Shown here: positions 27,303-39,501 of the stretch, in pieces
How positions within the stretch are numbered: position 1 is the stretch's first letter
How the letters are laid out: each line of letters opens with the position of its first letter
Assembly (NCBI GenBank): GCA_017618055.1
Contig: JAFZVB010000004.1
Coordinates: forward strand, 28,601 to 92,600
DNA: 64,000 nucleotides
Direction of reading: 5' to 3'
Source: Clostridia bacterium
Lineage (GTDB): Bacteria; Bacillota; Clostridia; Christensenellales; CAG-917
Program-made: the position numbers and the translations under genes
The notes under the pieces: model-generated
The model's input: only the letters and a program-made list of their open reading frames with translations
Databases searched by the model: none
Told to the model about the DNA's origin: nothing

Positions 27303-29858
27303 TTATTCGTTTGTATTATCTGTTTGTTCTGCAACTTGAGCTTCAGTTCCTTCGCCCTCAGTTTCGCCTTCTTTTGTCTCTTCATCTTCAACAAATTCAA
27401 CGTGTGGTGTGAGTGCTACAGAAACGATCTTTGTCTCGTCTTTAAGTCTCATAACTTTGACACCCTTTGTTGCACGGCCAATCTTGCTGATTTCGTTTGC
27501 ATCTACTCTAATAATGATTCCATTATCTGCAATCATCATGATATCTGTATCTGCTGGGATAACCTTTAATGCAACAAGAGCACCTGTTTGTTCTGAGAAG
27601 TTACCAGCCTTAACACCTTTACCATTTCTACCTTGGATTGGGTAATCTGAGATTGGGCTTCTCTTTCCGAAACCGTTTCCTGTAATTGTTAACATTTCGC
27701 TATCTTCTTTAACAACAGCCATATCAACAATATGTTCACCATCTGGAACTCTCATACTCAAAACACCTTGTGCAGTTCTACCCATTGGACGAATTGTATT
27801 CTCGTTGAAATGGATACAATAGCCTTCGCTTGAACCAAGTATCAATTCATCGTTTCCGTTTGTTATAACGGCTTCTACGAGTTGATCGTCATCAACGAAT
27901 GTGATAGCTCTCTTTCCGTTTCTCTTAATGGATGCAAATTCTTCGAGTGGTGTTTTCTTAATTAAACCATTCTTTGTTGCAAGGACTAAGAAGTGCCCTT
28001 CTTTCTCTTCTGGGGATGGTAAGAATGCTTGTACCTTTTCGCCTGGGTCTAGTTGTAAGATATTTACAACTGCTCTGCCTCTTGCTGTTCTTGCTGCTTC
28101 TGGAATTTCATAACCCTTGAGTTGGAATACTCTTCCGAAGTTTGTGAAGAACATAAGTGGTTGGTGTGTATTACATGTGAAGATTCTTTCGATGAAGTCA
28201 TCTTCTTTAGCTTTGTGTGCTGTAATACCTAATCCACCTCTATGTTGAGATTGATATTCATCAACGGCTTGTCTCTTAATATATCCTTCGTGTGTTAAGG
28301 ATACTACGATATCCTTGCGTGGAATTAAGTCTTCATTATCTATGCCACCATCGAAGTCATAACTGATTTCTGAACGTCTTGGTGTATTGTATTTTTCCTT
28401 AATTTCAAGCATTTCATCTATGATGATATCTCTTTGCATTTCTTTTGATTCAAGTATTGCTGTGTATTGTTTAATTTCTTCATGCTTTTGTGTTAATTCG
28501 TCTTGAATCTTTGTGAGTTCCAATCCCGTTAATCTTTGGAGTCTCATTTCGATAACAGCTGTTGCTTGAACTTGGTCTAATGCAAATGTATTCATTAAGT
28601 TTTGAATACCTTCATCTCTATCTTTAGATTTCTTTAAGAGTTCTACAACTTCGTCAATGTTTTGAATGGCTATTGCTAAACCTTCTAAGATGTGTGCTCT
28701 TTCAGATGCTTTATCTAAATCAAATTGTGTACGTCTTCTAATAACTTCATATTGGAATTCGATGTATTTTGTTAAGATTTCTTTGAGGTTGCAAACCTTT
28801 GGTTTGCCATCTACTAATACCAACAAAATCATACTGAATGAAGTTTGAAGATATGTTTGCTTGTAAAGTGTGTTTAATACAACTTGCGCATTAGCATCTT
28901 TCTTTGTTTCTACAACAATACGAAGACCGGTTCTATCGGATTCTTCTTGTACGTCTGAAATACCTTCTATCTTCTTATCTTTAACTTGGTCTGCAATTGC
29001 TTTAATTAATTCAGCCTTGTTTACTTGATATGGGATTTCAGTAATAACAATACGACTCTTTCCGTTTGGAAGTTCCTCGATTTCGGCACGTGCTCTTAAA
29101 ATTGCACTACCCTTACCTGTTCTATATGCCTCTCTAATATTACCAAGGCCCATTACATATGCGCCTGTTGGGAAATCTGGGGCTGGTATATATTGCATTA
29201 ACTCGTCTACTTCAATTGCTGGATCTTTTAACAATGCTACGCATCCATCAATAACTTCACCAAGATTGTGTGGTGGAATGGATGTTGCCATACCAACAGC
29301 AATACCATCTGAACCGTTAACTAAGACGTTAGGGAATCTGGATGGAATTACAACTGGTTGTTCACGAGTGTCATCAAAGTTTGGATAGAAGTCTACTGTC
29401 TTCTTATCTATATCTCTAATCATTTCGTTAGCAATCTTGCTAAGTCTTGCTTCTGTATAACGATATGCCGCTGGTGGGTCACCGTCTATAGAACCGAAGT
29501 TTCCGTGTCCATCAATAAGTGGGCAACGAATTGAGAAGTCTTGTCCTAAACGAACTAATGCATCATAAACTGAACTGTCACCATGTGGATGGTATTTACC
29601 TAAAACATCACCAACGATGGTAGCACATTTTCTGAATGGTTTATCGCTTGTTAATCCCAATTCACTCATGGAATATAAAATTCTACGATGAACAGGCTTT
29701 AATCCGTCTCTTACATCTGGAATTGCACGGGAAACGTTAACAGCCATAGCATAAGCTATGAATGACTTTTTAAGCTCACCTTCAATCTCGACTGGCTTAA
29801 CTATACTTTTTTGTAAATCTTCTACATATTCCATTGATTTATTCTTATTGTCTGCCAT
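27303..29858 (-). CDS. gyrA: DNA gyrase subunit A
   Basis: 851 aa with the QRDR block [22 protein letters not shown], active-site [10 protein letters not shown], and an acidic C-terminal tail. Confidence 0.97.
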   Translation of the reverse strand: MADNKNKSMEYVEDLQKSIVKPVEIEGELKKSFIAYAMAVNVSRAIPDVRDGLKPVHRRILYSMSELGLTSDKPFRKCATIVGDVLGKYHPHGDSSVYDALVRLGQDFSIRCPLIDGHGNFGSIDGDPPAAYRYTEARLSKIANEMIRDIDKKTVDFYPNFDDTREQPVVIPSRFPNVLVNGSDGIAVGMATSIPPHNLGEVIDGCVALLKDPAIEVDELMQYIPAPDFPTGAYVMGLGNIREAYRTGKGSAILRARAEIEELPNGKSRIVITEIPYQVNKAELIKAIADQVKDKKIEGISDVQEESDRTGLRIVVETKKDANAQVVLNTLYKQTYLQTSFSMILLVLVDGKPKVCNLKEILTKYIEFQYEVIRRRTQFDLDKASERAHILEGLAIAIQNIDEVVELLKKSKDRDEGIQNLMNTFALDQVQATAVIEMRLQRLTGLELTKIQDELTQKHEEIKQYTAILESKEMQRDIIIDEMLEIKEKYNTPRRSEISYDFDGGIDNEDLIPRKDIVVSLTHEGYIKRQAVDEYQSQHRGGLGITAHKAKEDDFIERIFTCNTHQPLMFFTNFGRVFQLKGYEIPEAARTARGRAVVNILQLDPGEKVQAFLPSPEEKEGHFLVLATKNGLIKKTPLEEFASIKRNGKRAITFVDDDQLVEAVITNGNDELILGSSEGYCIHFNENTIRPMGRTAQGVLSMRVPDGEHIVDMAVVKEDSEMLTITGNGFGKRSPISDYPIQGRNGKGVKAGNFSEQTGALVALKVIPADTDIMMIADNGIIIRVDANEISKIGRATKGVKVMRLKDETKIVSVALTPHVEFVEDEETKEGETEGEGTEAQVAEQTDNTNE

Positions 29859-29873
29859 TTTCCTATCCTCCCA

Positions 29874-31949
<2,076 letters not shown>

Positions 31950-31997
31950 CTAGACAAATTTATCTTTTTTACGAAATTATTAAATATAATTTTAATA

Positions 31998-32027
31998 ATT
32001 GTACACGCACACGTGCGCAAAAGTCAA
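31998..32027 (-). promoter_or_regulatory. gyrB promoter whose spacer is a 20-nt alternating pyrimidine-purine tract
   Basis: Minus strand: TTGACT (32027-32022), 18-nt spacer, TACAAT (32003-31998). Positions 32000-32019 (tgtacacgcacacgtgcgca) alternate Y-R without exception. Confidence 0.55.
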
Positions 32028-32476
32028 CAAATTTTGGTTTAAAAATAAATTTTTAAAAATATTTTTCCACAAGAACGAGCTGAGTTATAAACTTTTATAT
32101 AAGCATAAAAATATGCTTATATAACTATCTAAAAATAACCGAAATATCCGAAAAAATGAAGAATCCATCGTCTTTTTTACCCTAATTTTTCCTATATCGT
32201 GCAGATTTTCGCAAAAACATAAATAGACGGAATTTCTTTATATCAAGTTCATGGCAGATTAAAACGTAGAAATTTCTATAGCAAAAAATTGTTGATAACT
32301 TTCAAAAATTCTATAAAAAATCTCTATTTCGTACCAAGGAGGAAAATAGTATTAAATTTTCTATATTTTGCCCATTTTCTCCACCGAAGAAGAATTTTTA
32401 TTTGCCAAAAACATCTAGTTATTTAATCTAAAATGCCCGAAATTAGTGGAGAAACACATTGTTTCAGGATTAGATT

Positions 32477-32492
32477 GTTTCACATGAAACTA
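32477..32492. promoter_or_regulatory. parS-like site (2 mismatches)
   Basis: TGTTTCACATGAAACT compared with the consensus TGTTNCACGTGAAACA. Confidence 0.45.
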
Positions 32493-32509
32493 CAAGGGGA
32501 AGCGTGGAT

Positions 32510-32525
32510 GTTCCACGTGAAACAT
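32510..32525. promoter_or_regulatory. parS centromere-like site (perfect match to Firmicutes consensus)
   Basis: TGTTCCACGTGAAACA read directly. It is a 16-bp palindrome identical to the B. subtilis-type parS consensus, about 2 kb from parB. Confidence 0.8.
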
Positions 32526-32734
32526 AGCGCCTATATAGAAAAAATACCCTATTATTTTCACATATTTTTCTATAGAATTTCTATATATTTTTACAGCATT
32601 TTTTACCTATAAAACCGTTTAAATGGACCAGCTATGATTCACGGCCATTATAAAAGCCTACAAATATTAAAAATAGAGCAAAGTTTAACTCTGCTCTACA
32701 TAGATTAAATTATATTTTATATAATTTAAAAGTC

Positions 32735-33463
32735 TTATTTTTTAACAGGCGGTAGGCCTTTTCTTATTCCAAATCCATCTATTGCGTCTATTATGGATGG
32801 AATATATTGTTCATATTTGGTTAATCCGTTTTGTAAAGTGGTTCTAAAATCTTGATCTGCACTATCGTCTGCGCTATCCGATACGATTTTCATGCAAAAA
32901 GCCGGAATTTCGTTTCTTTCGCATACAAGAGCTATTCCTATGGATTCCATATCACATATATCAGCACCAAATGTTTTTCTAAGCAAGTTTTTCTTCTCTT
33001 TGGATGCTATAAATGCATCTTCGCTTGATATAGTTACTATTTTTGTATTGATTGGCAATACGTTTCTTACATAATTTAATAAATTTTGGTCAAAATAGAA
33101 ATATAATCCTTCTCTTCTGTCGTATTGTCCAAGAGTAGTTCCATCAATATAGCGCAAATCAAAGGCGCTATGCACCGCTTTTTCTACTATAACAAGATCT
33201 CCAACGCTTAAAGAAGGGGATAAAGTTCCTACAAAGCCAAAATTCAATATTGTTTCAACGCCAAACAAGTCTATAAGCAATTGTGTTGCTTGTGCAGCCC
33301 TAATTTCGCCTGTACCGCTACATGCTAGGTAAATTGTATCTTTACTTGTCTGTATCTCGTAAATGTTAACACCGGCAATTACACTGGCTCTTGTAAGGTT
33401 TCCAAGTTTTTCATGGATTGGTAACATTTCTTCTGCCAAAGCAGTAATTATTCCTATTTTCAT
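32735..33463 (-). CDS. mtnN: 5'-methylthioadenosine/S-adenosylhomocysteine nucleosidase family protein
   Basis: 242 aa, PNP_UDP_1-type. N-terminal MKIGIITALAEE, plus CDMESIG and VSDSAD blocks. SD AAGGAG. Confidence 0.75.
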   Translation of the reverse strand: MKIGIITALAEEMLPIHEKLGNLTRASVIAGVNIYEIQTSKDTIYLACSGTGEIRAAQATQLLIDLFGVETILNFGFVGTLSPSLSVGDLVIVEKAVHSAFDLRYIDGTTLGQYDRREGLYFYFDQNLLNYVRNVLPINTKIVTISSEDAFIASKEKKNLLRKTFGADICDMESIGIALVCERNEIPAFCMKIVSDSADDSADQDFRTTLQNGLTKYEQYIPSIIDAIDGFGIRKGLPPVKK

Positions 33464-33551
33464 ATAAAAATCTCCTTTTGTTATTGTATCACAAAAAGAA
33501 TTCTACTTACAATTGCATTGTAAATCATTTTTATGATAATATGATTTTGCT

Positions 33552-34244
33552 ATGGGATTACAAATTGATATTTTAAATAAGTTCTTAAAAGACAATAACA
33601 TTACCTTAAACTCTACACAAATAGAGAAGTTATTTCAATTTGAAGAAAAAGTTATCGAAACTAACGAAAAATTTAATCTCACAAACATCACAACCGAGCC
33701 AGACTTTACCATTAAACACATAATCGATAGTTTGGTTGGAATCCCACACATCCCAGAAGGAGCTAAATTATTAGATATTGGAACTGGTGCAGGATTCCCA
33801 TCTATGCCAATTGCTATATCAAGACCAGATCTAAAAATTGAAGCTATAGACTCAACAGAGAAGAAGATTGGTTTTGTTAATCAATCTGCAAAAGAATTAG
33901 GAGTTTCAAATATTAAAGCCATAAGCATAAGGGCAGAGGAAATGCCTAAAGATAATAAGTATGATTGTGTAGTTGCTAGAGCGGTTGCAGCTCTTCCAAT
34001 ATTGCTTGAACTTGCTATGCCTATTATCAATGTTGGGGGCTTATTTATAGCCTATAAAGCAACAGAAGATGAATTAAAAGATAGTGCAAATGCACTAAAG
34101 GTATTAAACAGTAAAGTTGAAAAAACTGTTTCATTAACACTTCCAAACGGTGATAATAGATGCTTGATTATTATAAAGAAACTAGGCGAAACACCAAACA
34201 AATATCCAAGAAATTATAGCCAAATCAAAAAGAAACCACTTTAA
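33552..34244 (+). CDS. rsmG: 16S rRNA (guanine527-N7)-methyltransferase RsmG (GidB)
   Basis: 230 aa with SAM motif LDIGTGAGFP and family-typical NLT.I....F..KHI.DS. Confidence 0.9.
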   Translation: MGLQIDILNKFLKDNNITLNSTQIEKLFQFEEKVIETNEKFNLTNITTEPDFTIKHIIDSLVGIPHIPEGAKLLDIGTGAGFPSMPIAISRPDLKIEAIDSTEKKIGFVNQSAKELGVSNIKAISIRAEEMPKDNKYDCVVARAVAALPILLELAMPIINVGGLFIAYKATEDELKDSANALKVLNSKVEKTVSLTLPNGDNRCLIIIKKLGETPNKYPRNYSQIKKKPL

Positions 34245-34302
34245 TTGTTTTATGCTTTATTTTGCAAAACACATATTTTATATATCATTTTTGATTAAAT
34301 AA

Positions 34303-34339
34303 ACGCTCTATATTGCAAAAATAGAGTGTTTTTATTTTT
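34303..34339 (+). terminator. rho-independent terminator after rsmG
   Basis: ACGCTCTAT, 9-nt loop, ATAGAGTGT (one G-U pair), then TTTTTATTTTT. Confidence 0.75.
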
Positions 34340-34477
34340 GTCATAATATACCATATTTTCTTTTGAATCTGGCCATGATATGTGCCCTAAAATTTTTAAT
34401 ATTTTTATCCGTGAAACTATTGTGTTTCACACCCAAATGTGATATTGTTATTTTATTAAGTTCTAGGAGATATCATT

Positions 34478-35371
34478 ATGGCAGGCAAAGGCACATTAGG
34501 GAACAGGGGTTTAAGCGCATTATTTGATGACAACGAAACAAATGTGGAAGTAAAAATTCCAGATGCTCAAACAAACGAAGTAGACATTACTTTAATTGAC
34601 AGAAACCCAAACCAACCAAGACAAACATTTGATGAAGATTCGCTCAACGAAATGGCGGAATCCATTAAAACTTATGGTGTATTACAACCATTATTATTGG
34701 TTCCAAAACTTGATGGAAGATATTTAATCGTAGCTGGTGAAAGAAGATTCCGTGCATCCTCTAGAGCAGGCTTACGTACTGTCCCAGCAATTATTAAAGA
34801 CCTAGACGATGAACAAATCCAAGAGATATCCCTTATCGAAAACTTACATAGAGAAGACTTAAATGCAATTGAAGCTGCATTTGGTATGAGAGAACTTATA
34901 AAGACACATGGACTAAAGCAAGAAGATATCGCTGTAAAGATTGGCAAATCACGTCCATACGTCACAAACACACTACGTTTATTACAACTCCCAGACGAGA
35001 TTATAGAACTTGTTAAGACTGGACAATTAGACGCAGGCCATGCAAGAGCTCTTATTCCAATAGATGATCTCCAATATCAAAGCCTTCTTGCAAAGCAAAT
35101 CGTAGAAAACAAACTCTCTGTAAGAGAGGTTGAAGAAAGAGTTAGATTATACTTCACCAGAAAAGCAAATAAAGGTGGCCCAAGAGATAAGAAGGATATG
35201 AGTATCGAACTCAAGAATATGGTCTCTGAAATGAAGACTATTTTCCAAACAAAAGTAAAACTTTTAGGCAATGAGCAAAAGGGTAGAATCACTATAGACT
35301 ATTTCTCAGCAGATGATCTAGAAAGAATCTATGCTTTAATGCAACTCTTAAAATACGGTAACAGATTATAA
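34478..35371 (+). CDS. parB: ParB/Spo0J(Noc)-family partition protein
   Basis: 297 aa with ParB box GERRFRAS and HTH QEDIAVKIGKSRPYVTNTLRLLQLP. No parA/soj gene is adjacent. Confidence 0.9.
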   Translation: MAGKGTLGNRGLSALFDDNETNVEVKIPDAQTNEVDITLIDRNPNQPRQTFDEDSLNEMAESIKTYGVLQPLLLVPKLDGRYLIVAGERRFRASSRAGLRTVPAIIKDLDDEQIQEISLIENLHREDLNAIEAAFGMRELIKTHGLKQEDIAVKIGKSRPYVTNTLRLLQLPDEIIELVKTGQLDAGHARALIPIDDLQYQSLLAKQIVENKLSVREVEERVRLYFTRKANKGGPRDKKDMSIELKNMVSEMKTIFQTKVKLLGNEQKGRITIDYFSADDLERIYALMQLLKYGNRL

Positions 35372-35394
35372 TTTCTAAAAAAGAGTAAAAATTT

Positions 35395-35421
35395 AGTACC
35401 CTTGTGGGTACTATTTTTTTT
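35395..35421. terminator. bidirectional terminator between convergent parB and dnaA
   Basis: AGTACCC-ttgt-GGGTACT, flanked by an A-run upstream and a T-run downstream. Confidence 0.75.
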
Positions 35422-36784
35422 ATCTGTCTAATAACTTGCTCTTAATATCAACAACGGCAATCTTAATTCTTGTATCCGTCCTAATATCTTCTGTAATCTT
35501 ATCTCTTGAATGCATGATGGTTGTATGGTCTCTATTTCCAAACATAGCACCAATTGCAGCAAGAGGCATAGATAACAATTCATTTATTAAATAAATGGCT
35601 ATCATCCTTGGTTCAACAATTTTCTTTTCTCTCTTTGGTCCAACTAAATCTTGTACAGATACTCTGAAATAGTCTGCAACTGCATTAACAATATCTGTAG
35701 CATCTATAACTTCTTTCTTTTCACTTAAAGAATCCTTTAATGCTTCTTGTGCAAGTTCTTCTGTATCTATAATGTGGTTTGTAAGAGAAGAGTAGAAGAT
35801 AATTTTATTTAATAAACCTTCCATCTCACGAATACTGGATGGTGAATTTTCAGCAATAAAGAAGGCAACTTCTTTAGAAAGATTGAATTTTTGTTGTGCT
35901 GCTTTACTATGTAAAATTGCAACTCTTGTCTCTAAATCTGGTATTTGAATGTCTACAGTTAAACCACTTGCAAAACGTGTCTTTAATCTTTCTTCTAATG
36001 CTCCAATATCTTTTGGTGCTTTATCTGATGTTAAAATAATTTGTTTATTATTTTGGTAAAGATCGTTAAAGATATGGAAGAAAGCTTCTTGTGTTGCAGT
36101 TTTTCCACTTAAGAACTGTACATCATCAACCATTAATACATCACATGTACGATATTTTTCTCTAAATGCATTACTTTCTTCGTTAGAAGTCTTGTTTGTC
36201 ATATTAGAAATAATATCATTTATCATTGTTTCTGAGTTTACGTATAAGATACGTGACTTAGTTGTAGACATTAAATAATTGCCAATAGCATTAAGTAAGT
36301 GAGTCTTTCCTAAACCAACGCCAGAATAAATAAATAATGGATTATATGTTCCGCCAGGGTTTTCTGCTACAGATTTAGCAGCAGCTAATGCATAAGCATT
36401 AGATTTACCTTGAATGAATGTCTCAAATGTATAATTTTCTTTAAATGGATTCTTAATAGGTCCTGGAACTGGTTCATTAATAATGAAACCAGCACCATCT
36501 AAAACGCTATCTTGTGATTTTAGATATTCATCTTTTTGTTCTTCTGTAATAAAAATAGAACCTGTAAGTTGTGGATTTACTGCAGAAAGAACTTCTGTAA
36601 TAACATCTCCATATTTGGTTTCAACAGTTTTCTTAGCAGTCTTTGTAGGTGCACAAAGAACTAATTGGTTTTGGAATATACAAACTGGCTCGAGTTTTTC
36701 AACCCAAACCTCAAAACTTACTACTGTCATTAACTTGGATAATTCATCCAAAGTGTCTTTCCAAATGTTGTCAATGTTTATCAT
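35420..36784 (-). CDS. dnaA: chromosomal replication initiator DnaA
   Basis: 454 aa with Walker A GVGLGKTHL, Walker B MVDDVQFL, and the C-terminal DNA-binding helix DHTTIMHSRDKI. Confidence 0.97.
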   Translation of the reverse strand: MINIDNIWKDTLDELSKLMTVVSFEVWVEKLEPVCIFQNQLVLCAPTKTAKKTVETKYGDVITEVLSAVNPQLTGSIFITEEQKDEYLKSQDSVLDGAGFIINEPVPGPIKNPFKENYTFETFIQGKSNAYALAAAKSVAENPGGTYNPLFIYSGVGLGKTHLLNAIGNYLMSTTKSRILYVNSETMINDIISNMTNKTSNEESNAFREKYRTCDVLMVDDVQFLSGKTATQEAFFHIFNDLYQNNKQIILTSDKAPKDIGALEERLKTRFASGLTVDIQIPDLETRVAILHSKAAQQKFNLSKEVAFFIAENSPSSIREMEGLLNKIIFYSSLTNHIIDTEELAQEALKDSLSEKKEVIDATDIVNAVADYFRVSVQDLVGPKREKKIVEPRMIAIYLINELLSMPLAAIGAMFGNRDHTTIMHSRDKITEDIRTDTRIKIAVVDIKSKLLDR

Positions 36785-36879
36785 GGATTTTATTATAATA
36801 AAAGTATTTGAAAATAATCAAGTAATAATGTAAATTGTTAATAGGAAATTTATTTTAATAAAAGTGGTAAAATATTACT

Positions 36880-37728
36880 ATGACCAAACTAGAAAGGCAA
36901 TATTTAGGAAATGATATAAGTTTGCAGAAGGCTGCATCCCAATTATTCCCTGAAATACCATATTCTTCATTAATGAAATGTTTTAGAAATAAGGATGTAA
37001 AAATAAATAATAAAGCATCCTTAACTAAAGCAATTGTTCATAACAATGATATCATCACTATATTTGTTCCAGATGAACAATTAAGAGAAATTGATATAAT
37101 TTATCAAGATGACAACATTATTGTTGTAAATAAACAACAAGGCTTAGCGAGTGTAGGGGAAGGTTCTTTAGAAACATTACTAAAAGAAAAACTAAAGAAA
37201 GATATATATCCAGTTCATCGTTTAGATACAAATACAGCAGGTTTAATTATCTATGCACTTAATGAAAAAGCACAAAAAAAATTAGAAAAATATATTAAAG
37301 AAAAAGACATTCAAAAAGACTATTTAGTTAAGATATTTGGAAAGCCTAAAAAAGACCATGAAATCTTAAGTGATTTTCTAATAAAAGATGCAGAAAAAGG
37401 TAAGGTATCTATTAGTCATAATAAGACACCAAATTCACAAACCTGCATTACAGAATATTCCTTAGTTTCTTCAGATGAAAATACATCTATTTTAAGAGTA
37501 ACTTTACATACTGGAAGAACGCACCAAATTAGATCTCATTTAGCATATTATAGTATGTATGTTGTTGGAGACGAAAAATACGGAAACTATACTTTAAATA
37601 AACGAGTTGGATGTTTTAAACAGTGTTTAGTGTCATATTATTTAAAATTTAACATCCCTCAAGATGATGAAGTTTTAGGTTATTTAAGTGGTGTAGAAAT
37701 CTTTAATTTAGATAACGATTTATTATAA
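36880..37728 (+). CDS. RluA-family pseudouridine synthase
   Basis: 282 aa with catalytic block HRLDTNTAGLIIYA and downstream TGRTHQIRSH. Confidence 0.8.
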   Translation: MTKLERQYLGNDISLQKAASQLFPEIPYSSLMKCFRNKDVKINNKASLTKAIVHNNDIITIFVPDEQLREIDIIYQDDNIIVVNKQQGLASVGEGSLETLLKEKLKKDIYPVHRLDTNTAGLIIYALNEKAQKKLEKYIKEKDIQKDYLVKIFGKPKKDHEILSDFLIKDAEKGKVSISHNKTPNSQTCITEYSLVSSDENTSILRVTLHTGRTHQIRSHLAYYSMYVVGDEKYGNYTLNKRVGCFKQCLVSYYLKFNIPQDDEVLGYLSGVEIFNLDNDLL

Positions 37729-37799
37729 TTTGACTACCTTGTTTATTTTGCATTTAAAATGTTGTATTAAGTGTATTTTTTTATTATAATTTTACTATT

Positions 37800-38876
37800 A
37801 TGATAGTTAAATCAATTCAACTTAAAAACTTTAGAAATTACAAGGATCAAATTTTAAATTTGGATCCTGGTTTAAATGTATTAGTTGGAGATAATGCAGA
37901 AGGCAAAACAAATATGTTAGAAAGCATATATTTTTGCGCTAATTTTTCATCTCCAAGAACTACTAATGACAAAGAGATGATTAGATTTAACCAAGATCAT
38001 GCAATTGTAAAACTTGTTATCAAAAAAAAGTATAGAGACAATTCAATTAAAATTAAAATTGATTCACATAAGAAGAAATATGTTTTAGTAGATGATATAC
38101 CTATCAATAGAGTTGCTGAATTAATGGGGGTTTTAGGAGTTGTATTTTTCTCTCCACAAGAAATTAAATTAATTCAAGAATCTCCAGATGATAGAAGAAA
38201 ATTTTTAAATATTGCTCTATCTCAACAAGATAAGACTTATTTTAGAGCATTAAATGATTATAGAAAAATATTAGCTAATAAAAACAATCTACTTAAAAAA
38301 GGTTTAACTACAGATCAAGTAGACACGATGTTAGATGTTTATGATGCTCAACTTGCAAAAGAAGGAGAATTTATTATTAATAAAAGAATGAGTTTCCTTA
38401 ATGTTTTAAGTAATTATTCTAATAGAGCTAATGAAAAATTAAGTGAAAGTGAAGAAACTTTAAGTTTAGAATATGAAACTAATATATCTTTAGAAGGTAA
38501 TATCCAAACTAACTTATATGATTCTTTAGTTAAAGCTAGAGAAAAGGATAAACAATTAGGATATACATCTGTTGGTCCTCATAGAGATGATATAAAAATT
38601 ATATTAAATGGAAATGATGCTAGAAAATTTGCTTCGCAAGGACAACAAAGATCTATTACATTAGCTATGAAATTAGCATCTTTATATATTTATCGCAATG
38701 AAACTGGGGAATTTCCGGTATTATTATTAGATGATGTTTTAAGTGAATTAGATTTAAAGAGACAAAAAATATTATTAGATATGCTTAAAGATATCCAAAT
38801 TATTTTAACATGTACTCATTATAATATAGATGTTCCAGCAAAAATTATTAATATAAAAGATGGAAAAGTAGTATGA
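37800..38876 (+). CDS. recF: DNA replication/repair protein RecF
   Basis: 358 aa with Walker A GDNAEGKTNMLESIYF, signature FASQGQQRSITLA and Walker B LLLDDVLSELD. Confidence 0.95.
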   Translation: MIVKSIQLKNFRNYKDQILNLDPGLNVLVGDNAEGKTNMLESIYFCANFSSPRTTNDKEMIRFNQDHAIVKLVIKKKYRDNSIKIKIDSHKKKYVLVDDIPINRVAELMGVLGVVFFSPQEIKLIQESPDDRRKFLNIALSQQDKTYFRALNDYRKILANKNNLLKKGLTTDQVDTMLDVYDAQLAKEGEFIINKRMSFLNVLSNYSNRANEKLSESEETLSLEYETNISLEGNIQTNLYDSLVKAREKDKQLGYTSVGPHRDDIKIILNGNDARKFASQGQQRSITLAMKLASLYIYRNETGEFPVLLLDDVLSELDLKRQKILLDMLKDIQIILTCTHYNIDVPAKIINIKDGKVV

Positions 38877-39442
38877 GAGCAAGACAAAATACAAATAGAT
38901 CTGTAATAAATAAAACAAGGGATTTAGCATATATCGCTATTTGTACTTCTTTAATTTGTATTTCTGCATGGATTACTATTCCAGGAACAGTTCCTTTTAC
39001 TTTGCAAACATTTGCAATATTTTTTACACTTGGATTATTAGGTGCTAAAAGAGGAATGTTATCTATTTTAATATATATATTAATAGGAATGATTGGACTT
39101 CCTGTATTTTCATCATTTAATTCAGGATTAGGTGTAATTGCTGGACCAACTGGTGGATATATAATTGGATTTATATTTTCTTCATTTGTTTATTTTTTAA
39201 TTGAAAAAATAATTAAAAATGAAAATGTAAGAATGATATTAGGTTTTATATTGGGATTAATAGTATGTTATGTAATAGGATCTATTTGGTTCTATTATGT
39301 ATATGGAAATAATGTAGAATATATGTCATTTGTAAGTATTTTACTAGTATGTGTTATTCCATTTATTATTCCAGATATATTAAAACTTTTACTAGCATTT
39401 ATTGTTGTAAAAAACGTTAAAAAAAGGGTTTTTATTAAGTAA
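38873..39442 (+). CDS. bioY: BioY-family biotin transporter (ECF S component)
   Basis: 189 aa with about 6 TM helices and BioY blocks VPFTLQTFAIF and GPTGGYIIGF. The start overlaps the recF stop (ATGA). Confidence 0.8.
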   Translation: MRARQNTNRSVINKTRDLAYIAICTSLICISAWITIPGTVPFTLQTFAIFFTLGLLGAKRGMLSILIYILIGMIGLPVFSSFNSGLGVIAGPTGGYIIGFIFSSFVYFLIEKIIKNENVRMILGFILGLIVCYVIGSIWFYYVYGNNVEYMSFVSILLVCVIPFIIPDILKLLLAFIVVKNVKKRVFIK

Positions 39443-39453
39443 TCAACAGTAAT

Positions 39454-39501
39454 TGTGGATTATATTTAAAAAATGTGGATATTTTCCTAATTTTATCCAC
39501 A
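39454..39501. promoter_or_regulatory. DnaA-box cluster upstream of dnaN (3 boxes in 48 bp)
   Basis: Three boxes: tgtggatta (39454-62; reverse complement TAATCCACA, 1 mismatch), tgtggatat (39474-82; reverse complement ATATCCACA, 1 mismatch), and TTATCCACA (39493-39501, perfect). About 150 bp of very AT-rich DNA follows, up to dnaN. Confidence 0.7.
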
